Assembly (NCBI GenBank): GCA_040954595.2
Contig: CM082595.2
Span: 1,676,635-1,740,634 of the forward strand
Source: Balanoglossus misakiensis
Lineage: Eukaryota > Animalia > Hemichordata
Direction of reading: 5' to 3'
DNA length: 64,000 nucleotides
The notes below the pieces were generated by a model. It was given only the letters and a program-made list of their open reading frames with translations, had not been told where the DNA came from and ran no database searches. Position 1 is the stretch's first letter; every line of letters begins with the position of its first letter. A program made the translations under genes and the position numbers. Positions 14,352-26,500 of this stretch are shown piece by piece.

Positions 14352-17300
14352 TTATCTCTTTGGCCAATGTTGTTTCTTGTGGTGGCTGAAAAAAAATTGT
14401 GCAAAAAAACAATCAGTTTTCCATGATATTCATTACAGATCTCATTCAAGATTGGTTTGCTTCTTAATAGTAATTCATTTTACGCACAGGCCTGAATTGA
14501 GGGTCCAGTCAGAATAGCCAAATGGCTAGACGAGACATGGTGTGGTCGAACCGAAGGAACAATTACGGTATTATGGCAGGCTCACATTTTAATTAACACT
14601 TTGCTGAGGTAAAGAAAGCTGAAGAAAGTCAGATATTTAAATTGATCACGAATTAAACAAACAAGGTCGCGCTCCACAAAACAATTTACTCACCTGCCAG
14701 ATTTGTTGCCAGACGTCATACTACGTGCACCACTAGATGGCGCTGTTCGCGATCTCGGGGCATTCTGTGGTGCAGAGAATAAAGGGAGTGAGGTGTACAT
14801 AAGAATTAGTTTCAGACATATTAAATCTCGAAATATTTTTGGTCTGGCAGTACCGGTAGTAGAAATCCCACACACAAACATGATTCACTGTAATGTTATA
14901 TTTATGAGTTGTAGATCTATCATTTATGTAATCACGCTTATCAGTTGTTCCAACGAAAGAGGGCGCTGGTCAAAATTGTTTCCTGGGCAACGAACACTTA
15001 CCTGGAATGATGGGCCACCAATCTGTTTCCTAGGATCAGATTTCTTTTTTTGTTTGTTCTTTGATTTTTCCTCTAGGGAGAAAAATCGGAAACAGCATGA
15101 AAAAATGTCTCCCATTTACAAAGGTGTCCAGTTTATAGAAGTTCTTTTCACACAGGGTTTATGTGATGACTGGGAATATGTTCCGTTAGACATGTATCCA
15201 GATTAGAGAGGGTTCAGTTAAGACAGGTTTTACTACACAGTACTTTGTAAATATTTGAGTTGCATTACCTTCAAACACTTTGTAGCTGACTTTACTATAG
15301 TCAAATGGATGGAAAGGTCTCTCATCTTTTGTCTCAGTCGTTTTGCTCGGTCCCTCCTGATCTTGTTTGTCTTTGAGTTTTGCATCTGTCTTTGGCCGCT
15401 TCTTCAATGGGTAAACAAACAAACAAACAAACAATCAGATTAGAAAGTTACACAAATTTCTTCAACACAGTAACGAAGAAACATACACAGTGATCAACAA
15501 ACCTGTTCTCGGATTGATGTGGCCGTGTCTTCTATCTTTTCTTCTCGTGTTCTTTTTTGAGGCAATGATGTCTCCACATTTGGTTTCACGGTTGCCTCTT
15601 TTGGTTTTGTGTCTGGCTTCAACTTCCACATTTCTGCACTTGCAGGTTGCTGTCGAGGGTAAAGAGAGGAACACAGTTGAATATTTCTATTCAAAACAGT
15701 ATACCTCAAAACAACTGGAACATGCAAGAACTATTTGAGATTTATTCATCTTGTTTACTTCATATTCTCTTTATCATGGAACCTTGACATTTTCTTTTTC
15801 ATAAACAGAATTACATTATGGTTTCTCTGAAAGACAAACAAGTCTTAGTTGAATACTTAATATTGCCAACAATGTATTGACAAGAAGCTATTTTGGTGAT
15901 TCAGAGGTGGTGAAGCCATTGTTCGGGGTGGTACCCTGGTAACTGTTACCACGGTTTCCAAGCCATTTTTCCACGGTTTCCACCCACATACTGGTTTATC
16001 AATAGTTAAATCTGTGGGCAACAGATGTGTTACTGTTACCGATGTTTAAAATTTCTTGATGGTGATCTCAAACCTTAGAAAAAAACAACAGAAGCATTTT
16101 CTGAAAAATTCATACCTTGGGAACATTGTCTTCACTTGGCCTGGTTGTTTGGGCATCAGAAAGTCCTTGTAGAGATATTTTGTTGGCCTCCAAAAGCGAC
16201 TGCGCAATCTGTTTGAGTTTGTTTGTCGGCAAGTACTGGAAAAACAATAGTTTTGATTTATTACAGTCAGTATAACAATGACATTGTACAACCATTCGCA
16301 ACCTAAAAACTTGCATCTCTCCCAGACCAAAAGCGTTACATGACGCAAGCACTCATTGGATGACAAACGTTCTTTAATGATCATGCATGAAATATTATCC
16401 AATGGCACAGTGGTTACCTTTTCAAATGGACTGATAAATAATGCCTTGATGGACTCCACTTTCTTCTGAGCTTTGCCCGTTGACGACACCGCAGCGTCAC
16501 GGCTTGAGTAGTCAAAAAGACTTATGATTGGTTCAGCTGCGCACACTGCAGGGGGTCTGATGTCATCGCTGTTGTGACCAAATAAGGAAGAGTGCCTGCT
16601 GATTGGTGCAGCATCTGGCGATAGATCAAGAAATAAATGTTATAGGCAAGAAAGCACTGGTTTTCCACTGATTTCATCTTGCCAACCCAAGACATTACTG
16701 GTGGGAGTATACACACTGATAACAAAACCGATTGGCCAAGATTTATTTGGAGAAACCATTCTCGATCACTCACCTGTCATCTCAACATTGGCACTCGATG
16801 ATTGGTGAGACAAATCATGAGGACAGTGTAGGCGTCTTTCTTTCTTTGCGACTTTTGGGTTTTCATCCTCCGCTTTTCTCTTCACTGTTTCCACCTTCAA
16901 ACATAAAACATGAAGTCAACAATTTGGTCGACACACAGAAATGAAAGAAGTACAAGAATCCTACTTTTCATTACAAACATTATAAAAAAAGTTAAATTTT
17001 CTTTGCTGTCAGTCAAATATCTACTTGATTCCACTGAGAATAATTTCTATATATACTTATAATATGTGACATTGAGGTGCTGAATTTGAAATCCAGACTT
17101 AGCCTAGAGCTGACCCCAGTTGGAAACTTTGTTCTGATCTGTACTGTACCTTTTGCAGGGGTTTGTTCCTGGCTAGGACAATGAATTGGTGGAGTTCGTT
17201 GACATGTTGTCGCACTAGAGGTGGAATGGGATTACAGCAGGCTAGGACGCCCTGTGCCTCTCTGCAAATGAAAGAGAAGATATCGTTGGAAGTGACGTGA

Positions 17301-20300
17301 TTGGACAACAGACAGGTGGCACTGGTATTCCATAACCAAATAAAGGAGAAATTCACTTACTTTGGCAGTATCTCTGCAATTTGGAACATCATGTGATTTG
17401 GCATTACATAGCCATAACTTTCATCTTCTCGTCTTGCAGTTCTGTCCCTCCAGGCAAAGAGAAGCTTAAATGCATGGAGCTGTAGAAAAAATATCATCAA
17501 CATCATAATCATCATCACCACCATCATCATCATCATCATCGTCATCATCCTACAGAGGGCGCTAATCTCTATGACAACACAATGTACAACTTACCTGTTG
17601 TGAGTTGAACCTCTTTCTGTGTTTTCTGTACAGGTGTTCATGCGAGTCCTCAGTAAAAAGGGGTTTTTGGTATTTCTGAAAAATACAGACATTGATGTTA
17701 ACAAACTGTTCTCTGACAAGTATAGGGGGGACAAAATTCTAGTGCTTGACATCTTATATCTTCATAATACCCTCCCCCAACAAAAATTTCACACCTCCCA
17801 TCCCCATTTCCACATAAATGGATTCAACCACACCATCGATACCAACAGAGGCTGGACCAAAATGAGAGGGTAATACAGGTGTATTGTAGTGACTCACCTT
17901 AAGGCAGACCATGGAACTTCTCTCGATGACAGATTTCAACAAATTCCTCTGCTGGTTTCCCTTCTCTATGAGTTCATTTCTCATCTTGTCATAAATGTAC
18001 AGTAGGTAATGAGTGTCTTCTCTAGCATATTTCACCAGTTCTACCGGTAAAGGTCTGAGAACAACAAAATGACATTTTAGTAAAACTGGATGGAAGGATG
18101 GATAGATTGATATTGCATACATATGCACCCACACACACACATTAAACATGCAAGATAACTGCTTCAGCATATTTGCCACAATAATATAGATAAATTTTAC
18201 ATAATATTGATAATTACCGTATTCTCCAATCCGCTAACTGATACTGTTTATTTGCCTGTACACGGCAGTAATGGTTCATTAAATATGCTAAGGAGTACTG
18301 GCCAAAATTGAGAACCCTGGAGGCTTGACCGGTGTCAAATAGATTGACCACGTAGATACCGAAATCCCTCTGTAACCATCCGATGTCACTGTCTGCACCA
18401 TGGAATACCTGGAAATAAATCATGAGGAAGGTGAAGAAATAAACATACATGAAAAAGTAGAGTACAACCAGTAGGTTCATAACAAACTTTTGTCATCAAT
18501 AAAAATGTGCGATTTTTAAAAACCACTATAGGTCAACATGCGATCAGTTACCTTGACGATATTTGGATTTGTAAATGATTCATTCAGTATGTATAAATCA
18601 CTTCTCAGCTCGATGGTGTCAACCAGGAAATCTTCTTGTCGTGTGGAGAGTTGCATGAGACAAGTGAACCCTTGGAAACTCCTGTATGTGTGAGCCTGAA
18701 AAGATCATAGTAAATAATTATGGATTGACTTGAACATTGGCCTGTGAAATCTGTAATATTCCACATGAAATTCCTTCTGTCTTGACATGAGTCAAATGTT
18801 ATCGTGATCTGAATTCAGATGAAACTTCAGGAAATCTACCTCTAAATCGACCGCAAATTCCTTCTGTTGGCAGAGTAATTCACTGAGATCTTGAAGTTCT
18901 TCCAACGTTGTGATTATTTTCAGAGGTGTTTCTTCCAGTGGTTTGTACATCTGTGGGTCCGGTGACTCGAGCTGCCATGGCAATGGTTGGAAATGGTCTA
19001 GCTCATACTGGTATGGATGGCTAGATCTAATCACAAAAAGAACAAACACAGCATATATTAAAATCCTGATACCTGTGGTTATACTCGAATAAACCTGGTG
19101 AGCTTTATTAGACTTACATGTCAAAGGATGACCCTGTCTCTTGTTCTTGTCTTTGTTGATGTAAAAAATCAGACAGCGCTGAAGGTACATCGGAATCTTC
19201 TGAACTTTCAGCTGCATGTGATAAAAAAAAGAAACAGTTATCATATTACTTTTCAAAAATGTTTTTTGATGGTAAATGCTCCCTGTAACTGTCTTATTTC
19301 ACCCCTTTACTTCAGCAGTTTGGTCCAATCCTATTGTCCTCAGTGGTACAGACCAATCCATTTACAGGTACGTGGGGTGAATCAGTTACAAACACATTGA
19401 GTGAAACAACAAACACGTACCTCTTTGAAGGGGTTTCTTGGCATTTGGTTTGTACTTAATTATCGGTACAAATGGCATATTACTGTTGTCCACTTTCTCT
19501 TTGAATTTCATCTGAGGGCGTTGTATGTTCTTGGCCTGCATCAGTCGAAATGTTGCACTCCGACCTCGCTCATGAGTCTAATAACACAAAATAAAAATTG
19601 ATGAGGGCCTGGCTAGTGTTGGGCAAAGTGCCAAGTGGGTAAATGCCCAGGGGGTGTCTGCCCTAGAACTGAAAACTCACCTTTCTGTTCCAACTGGAAA
19701 CCACAATGTTGTCCTTGGCACCAGGTGGCAGAACTGGTTTGGCATTCTTGTTAATTCCAGAAGCTTCATCCAACATGTTCCCCTGCAAAACAGTTCAAAA
19801 CATGTGACTTTCTCCATCCATACCGAAAACATTTTCCAGTCCCTTTCACATAGAGCCATATGTTAAAGAAACCTCTATAAACCGGACACCTCTGCACACT
19901 GAAATATGTTTTCAGTCGCTATGGTGACCGGTTCAAACAGGTTTTACTGTGAATAGTGTTGTGTTGGGTAGGATTTTTTTTCAGGTGCCCCCAAGTTAAA
20001 TCATAAGATTGGCTAGATCTCCATGGTAACTGTGGCTAGACTTAAGCAGGGGTCAGTGCACCTTTATCACTTACCACTCTCTCCAGAATGACATCATTGG
20101 CTTCAATAATGACGTCCATTTTATCGTCAATTTCCACAGCCTTGCTCCCTTCCCTCACAGTGCCTCTGATGCCTTGGTGTCTGATGATGTCTGTGATACT
20201 ACAGAGATAGAGATTGTGTCAATGTGGTGATGGGATGTCTTATATCAAAGTATCAAAGAGAACAACCGAAGTTGTAGTAGTGTAATGCCAGGTTTTGCCT

Positions 20301-21119
20301 GGTATAGGGACAGCAAATCCAGACAAAACCTCGAGCAACAGTACTGCAGCAAACCTTGTGCATACTTACTTATCCAGAAGCTGTCTGCTGTTTTCATGGC
20401 AGAAGTCCCGAATGCTGTCAAAGCTAGAATAATATTCATAGTCATCGCCTGCTGCTGGCAGGCTGTTCGAACACTTGGTTGCATGGAGGATCGTTCCAAG
20501 TGCTTTCTGTGAGGATAGCAAGAAATAACGAAAGGGGTAAAAAAAAAAATAACCGGAAATGTGGCTAACGGACTGTGGGTTCGCATGAATCTGCATCTGA
20601 ATCAGAGTAAAGGCCTTAGGGGATAGTATGAGGTACATTGTACCTCTCTATAAAGGAAGGACTTTTCAAGAAAAGAGTCAAGGTTTGAATGGTAGCTATT
20701 GGTTGTATTATCGCCCTCAATCAGTCATGAAAAGCAAACACAGCTTCGTGGGGTCAGCCATGTGTCAGCACAATCGAGCTGGCATCGGGGAAAGTTGCAA
20801 ACGCATTGGAATCTCACGGCTTCCTCAGTCAATACACAGATCCAATACAACATGTGCCACGCCCACCTCTGATCAACTGCCCCGCCCACCTATGATAGAC
20901 AGCACTAAGCCATAGGCATGGATCGAGCGCTCCGATCAAGACGAAATGCTGATTCGGAAAATTTCGGAGACGGTTTATAACACCATCCTGACCAAAACCT
21001 ACCTGAGCATAACTGTTGACGTCACCGTGATCGCCAAATAGCGGGGCGTTCTCCGGAGGGCCCGATTTTCGCTCTTCCGTGCTCGTCGTCGCTTCGTGTT
21101 TACTACTGTCGTCCGCCAT
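14352..21119 (-). CDS. EXOSC10: Exosome component 10 (Rrp6/PM-Scl100) 3'-5' exoribonuclease, 21 exons, about 871 aa
   Basis: Exons (high to low): 21119-21003, 20506-20370, 20198-20075, 19782-19681, 19577-19421, 19211-19118, 19026-18840, 18695-18552, 18408-18218, 18054-17898, 17675-17595, 17479-17361, 17261-17150, 16894-16774, 16614-16418, 16235-16116, 15649-15503, 15401-15269, 15072-15002, 14764-14694, 14385-14352. All GT-AG and phase-consistent (2616 nt). Motifs: HPYQYEL, FAVDLE (DEDD), [77 protein letters not shown]-terminal WPKR*. Confidence 0.95.
15117..15236. mobile_element. Degenerate copy of CAGT-terminated (Tc1/pogo-like) MITE in an EXOSC10 intron
   Basis: Shares ggtgtccagtttatagaagttc and the end acaggttttact with the element at 44378-44521. 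Confidence 0.5.
17492..17549. repeat. (CAT)n trinucleotide microsatellite in an EXOSC10 intron
   Basis: atcatcaacatcataatcatcatcaccaccatcatcatcatcatcatc...; lies just upstream (on the - strand) of the acceptor at 17480-17481. Confidence 0.9.
19791..19949. mobile_element. CAGT-terminated (Tc1/pogo-like) MITE copy in an EXOSC10 intron
   Basis: Approximate reverse complement of 44378-44521 (cattttccagtc..tttcacatag, aacctctataaaccggacac, acaggttttactg). Confidence 0.65.
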
Positions 21120-23526
21120 ATTGAAACACGTGCACTTTCCCAGAATGCATGAAAGGTCAAAGTTGAACTGGTTAAACCCCACTTTGCTGAAGAGCGCCTC
21201 CAATAGCATTCTACGCGGTGGGAGATGAACATGTTTTACTGGACCCTCGGAGGATTTGACTGAATGTTAAACCATCAATAAAGTGGCAATAACGAGTAGC
21301 AGCTGCACATAGCCTTTTCGCCAGAGACAATGACACAGTAATCAAGATCACACATTAACTTTTCATCATTTCAAAAGTCACCGTTACTCGAATTTTATCA
21401 CAAAAGAAAGTAGAGTAAGCAGATCAAGAAGTACACGAAATGACTAACATATTTTCATCCAAACCTTGACAAGAGTGAGCACGGCATCTTTGCTTGATGT
21501 ACGTTTATCGGATTCAACAGAACGGGTTTGACAGGTTATTGGCCAGTAAAATTGAAATGACGGTGCTACAATTACCGGTTGTAACATTTTATTGGACCTA
21601 CAAGAATGCTGGTAACGGCGCGGGTTAAACACTGATGATGAGCCACGGGTCACAAATGCTAAACCGGACTATCCCGTTGATGCTGTATCGGTTTTCCACC
21701 AGTCTTCCTCGGTTTCAACATAATTTTTTGGTCGTCATCTCTCTTTTAATGGTCATCTTCTATACTCTTGATGCTCGTGCCGCTAGAAATGATTTATTTC
21801 GAGTATTGATTCTAAAAATTTGTCGACTTGGTGTTTTAATAGCCGTTGATGTGGGGAAGGTCGCGACTCAGTGACGGTAATATGACTTGTGGTATTTGAA
21901 CATTTTGTAACGACATTGGTCGAAATGGAAAGAATGCTTCGTTTACTGGCGGTGTACCTCACTGGGTTAAGTTTTATGTTGATTTTAATAGCGGCTTTCT
22001 GTTGGAATAAAATGCAACGTATTCCCTTGATCGAAAGTGTAAACGGGGAGCGTTAGACACGGAGCAGCGATCAGTCATTCTGGTCACCTTGGCAACTCAG
22101 AAACTGTTGCCGTAAAAGGGTCACGGTTTGCGACGATGCGAACGGCAGAAGTATCGAGGTGTTGCTAGGCGTCACAGGGACGGACCTGGTGATGTCGAAC
22201 GGCCTCAGCTGTAAACAAAAACCACACACAACGAAACCTCAATTCAGAGCTATATATATTTTTGTACAATTTAAAAGTAGACAACGGTAATAATTACATA
22301 GCAAATCATAAAAACTGAGAAATGTTGCTTGTAATAATGAGAGTTCATCATCAAACATTTATACTATAAATGGACACATGACTTAAGTTACTCAAGTTTT
22401 CTTCATAAATACATTCATCTGCGACACACAAAAAGTGACGTCATACCATAAAAAAGACATGAAAATCTGCATACCAACTTTACAATAATACTTGGCGTCT
22501 GCCGATCGTGTACCGATCAAGCAAATGCTTGGCAAACATATATTTTAAAGCACATTAAAATGTCAGTGCTGTGTTGTCTAAAAAGCGAGTGGATACAGCC
22601 TCCATTAACCGCGTCCGATTAAACTTGAAGAGACGCCAGTTGTTCTGTTGTAATTCAGATTTGAATAAGTATTCGTTGCATGTCGAAAAGCTTTCATGAG
22701 ACCGAAATAACATTAGAATTCTCTCCGCTTAGTCGCCATAGCCTTGAACCGTCACGTGACTTATCATTTTAGTAGCCTATCGTATTTTAAGACATACATC
22801 AACCTGCCTTATTGCAATAATACTGAATGACTTCCATAAATATTTATTATACACTTTTGCGGCGAGATAAAGTCTATTAAAGGTTCTTTTATGGTCCAAC
22901 CGAGAATGAATGCCCGTTACGTGTGTCAGAGACTATTTCAACTTACATCTAAGTTATTGGATTTTTCCCCGATTGTTGGCGTTTATTGAGGTGTTTCATG
23001 GCGGAACAAAGTGGTTTTTATTCTTCGCGAGAAACGACAAAAAGCTTAATGCTGCGTCGATTTGCTGTAAGCAAGCGGTGACGTCACCTCTTCAGCTCGG
23101 GGAGGGGAGCTCGTGAGTGTAGTCGAATCACGTGATACGGTGTGCAGCTTTATAACCCATCAGTGAACGAACTTTCTCTCAACGACTTTCTCAGTGTTAA
23201 TATCATCTTGAAATTGGAAAAAGGTGATACGCAAATATGGCTTACGACAAGCACATAGAACTGTGACGTCATATATACCCAGTGGTAGAAGAGAAGTCTA
23301 TCATTTGAGCTCAAACGTCAAAGTTTTGTCAATGAGAAATAAATAACAGAAAAACACCCTGTGTGATGGTCCACGGTAACATTCTTTGTGCAGGTGAATT
23401 ATCGCTTTAAAGGTTCCTCGTCCCGGGAGGGTTTCAACGCATAATAGTCTCTGCCATATCCTTCAAGGAACGCGTATGTCCTCGAGAGATCTTAGCTGTG
23501 TTCTCGTATTTTGTTCGCTCTTTCTC

Positions 23527-26500
23527 TTATTTGCATGTATGCAATTCGACAGTTCTCTTACACTTTTTACACCTCACGTAACAACACCAATGGAATTTAC
23601 AGCTGCATCGCTCCACGATCTCGACTGTCCGAGTGTCAAACCCTCGACCGCAGCACATGAGGTCGCAACCGTCGATTGCCTTCGACGTCTTGTTACACTC
23701 CCTCCCGATGGTCCCGAGCGAACCCGACTTGACGTCGAAGACACAGAAATCCGGCGACTCGTCCAGGTAGACCAAGTCCGCGCCGGTGTGAGGTTTGAAC
23801 TGGGTGTTTATCGGGACCAGCTGCCTGCCCAGATTTGTGTCCGTTTTCCCTTGCACCTCCGTCGCTCCGTCAAACTTCTCTTTCAATTTCTCGCCAACTT
23901 CTCTGAACGTGGGCATCGCTCGCCAACAAGTTTTCATTTCACAGGAGCCCGAGACGCCATGACACTTACACTCAACTTTCATGTTGTTTTCAAGCGTCTG
24001 CAGAACAAGAAATATGAAAAAAATCTTGAAAAATACAAGTTATGACACATTCAATCCTACGTACATGTAATTCTGCGTCCAACAAAATATCAACCAGTCT
24101 GGCCAATAGGCCAAAAGCTACCGACGGTCAATGAACCCCGATAATTCATTCATTTGGCACATTTCCTCCACCTTTCTTTGGTCGAATCTCGACTGACATA
24201 ATCTTTACCACCGGCTGTTGTCGATGTGTGGGATTTGTATGACTTTTGACTTTCGAAAAGGGTCTTTTGATGACAAGGGATGCTCCAGAAACGGTACTAT
24301 ATAACAATCAGTGTTACTTTTTTAGACCAGTTCAGCCAAAACGTTCTCTACATGTCAAAAGAGGGCGATCTTGTCCAAGTATTCAACAACCCTCGGGATT
24401 GTTTATTAAGAATGCTAGGCTTTGTTTGCCGCTTCGATTCGGTTCGATTGTCCCGAGTTACTCAAGTTCGCCGAAACGAACATCGGTTTAATAACCACCA
24501 CCAAATCCAATTAAAATTTGGCCCGGTTTAACAAGAGCATTGTTTGGCAATTACAGCGGAAACGAGCGCGCCCCGGATACGCGTAGAGCAATCAAGGTTA
24601 TTGTTAACACAACTTGTTGTGAACATCACATTCCGTTTTAGTGCATTGTAAAAAAAGAGCTGTTCGCTGGAAAACGGTAAATTTGGGGATTCGAGAGGTG
24701 ACTTTCTACAATGCGTATTGTTTCCACTGCGAATCTATATTTATCAGATAATCATGTCCTCTCATATAAGCTGCCCAGCCACGCGAGACTCTGCAAGGTC
24801 TCGCGGCGTTAGGAAAGTGGTCTATTGTCTCCGGGGTGCGATATTGCACTCTCGCCTATAGGGTCCAATTTGTAGCATGTTCAGACACTGACGACCATGG
24901 AGATCCCGGCCAACAAAAAGAACTCCTGACGTCACCAAGTAGCTTTCAGGGGATTAGACACCGTGTGACAACGTTTGTTGATTTAGCCATAGACAGTAGA
25001 ATCTCTTTCTGTCGACTCTAGTGTAGCCATGTGAGGATAAAATGGTCACCGGTAGGTCCTGTCACTCAGACCCTCTCCAGTGACCTGTTGACGTGTCCCT
25101 TTTGACCTCGCCCGCCTTTTGAGCACGTGACAGTGACCACAAATGACAACTTTCTAATCCGACAGGTATGCCTGGATTGCGAGGATCTTGCATACAGTGA
25201 AAGTTACTAGTATTCGTGAATAACATTATTATTTGTAAGGGTGCCTTTAAAGGCAGATAGGTGAATCGGGAATGTAATCGTATGCGAGACAGAAAGAGAA
25301 AGAGGGAGAGCGAGAGAGAGGGGGGAGAGATAGAGAGAAGGGGATAGAGAGAGAGACAGACAGAAGATACCCCCTTGGCGATTTGTGGTCGCTATAGAAT
25401 CTCAAGTAAACTTGTTGAAACCCTCGCCCAAAGTCTCCCATTCAGCAACTAAATCTCTCCAGGGGAGCATGAAACGAACCTGCCATGTTCTGGCAATTTA
25501 CAATTTTATTATTACGATAAAATGTTACTGCGTCTGCACCGATTTGCTTGTACATGTACCATCAGCCCTGAAGTGACGAGGGACCCTTTTCAATGCAAGG
25601 GTGGATGTCGACATATCCAGGGACTGACTTGCAACAGCTAGGTACAGTGCGATGATACTGTGATGCTTAAAATGTACTATTTACAGTCCCCTCAAAAATA
25701 CAACCCAACAAAACAAAGCTTTTAAATTAACAGTCCATTGTGGTGTTTTATGATTCCTGATTTCTAAAACTATTGCAATTAAAACTAAACGTTGGCGTCC
25801 GGGAGGATTTAGAGAAGTTCACCACTTGGAAGGGGTAATTGTGATTCGTAACAGCGTTACGACTGTATCGGATTGTTACGCTCCATAAAGGCCCGCGATA
25901 ACAATCAGAGCAGTCTAATATCGGCGATGAAAACGGCCATTGGCGTGTTTTAGGAGGCATCGAAATGACCACAATATAGTGTTAACGATCATGTTTATTG
26001 GGTAATTCGAACTGCGTCTCAAGGATCTAGCACACACTTTTTGAAACCGCCGCGCGTGTAATCGATTCAACAGAGATGTCCATTTTCAGTCAAGAAACTC
26101 ACAAACGGTACCCTACGTTTTTCATGAAACAAAGGTGTCTGCCGCCAAACTGTAAGATTCAGTTGGAATTACATGTATCCAGACTTTCCCACGTATGCGA
26201 GAAAAAGAAATACTTACTAGTAAAACATTCATTACTGCTTCTATTATTATTTTAAAAAATAAGTTACCCTCAATCGATCGATCTATCGATCATATTTCCT
26301 CATCCAATTGATTTGTCTATTAGACAGATAGACAGACAGACAGAAGACAGGTTTATGGATAGATTCTAAGATGGGTGGGTGGGTGGATGGATAAATATCA
26401 TGAGAAGGCCAAACTCCCAGGGCGAACATAGCATTCTGCGTCGTTCCTAGGAGCCCTCCCTTGATCCTGTTTATAAAATGTATCGATCGGCTTTTCAATA

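Noticed and set aside
15650-15688. Alternative upstream acceptor for EXOSC10 exon 17
   Set aside because: Out of phase with the previous exon; the acceptor at 15650-15652 has a pyrimidine tract and keeps the frame.
17480-17548. Poly-Met N-terminus in the ORF track
   Set aside because: Intronic (CAT)n repeat read in frame with the EXOSC10 exon.
23476-24045. 189-aa + strand ORF over Wnt4 exon 4 (also 27271-27648)
   Set aside because: Antisense shadow of GC-rich coding exons.
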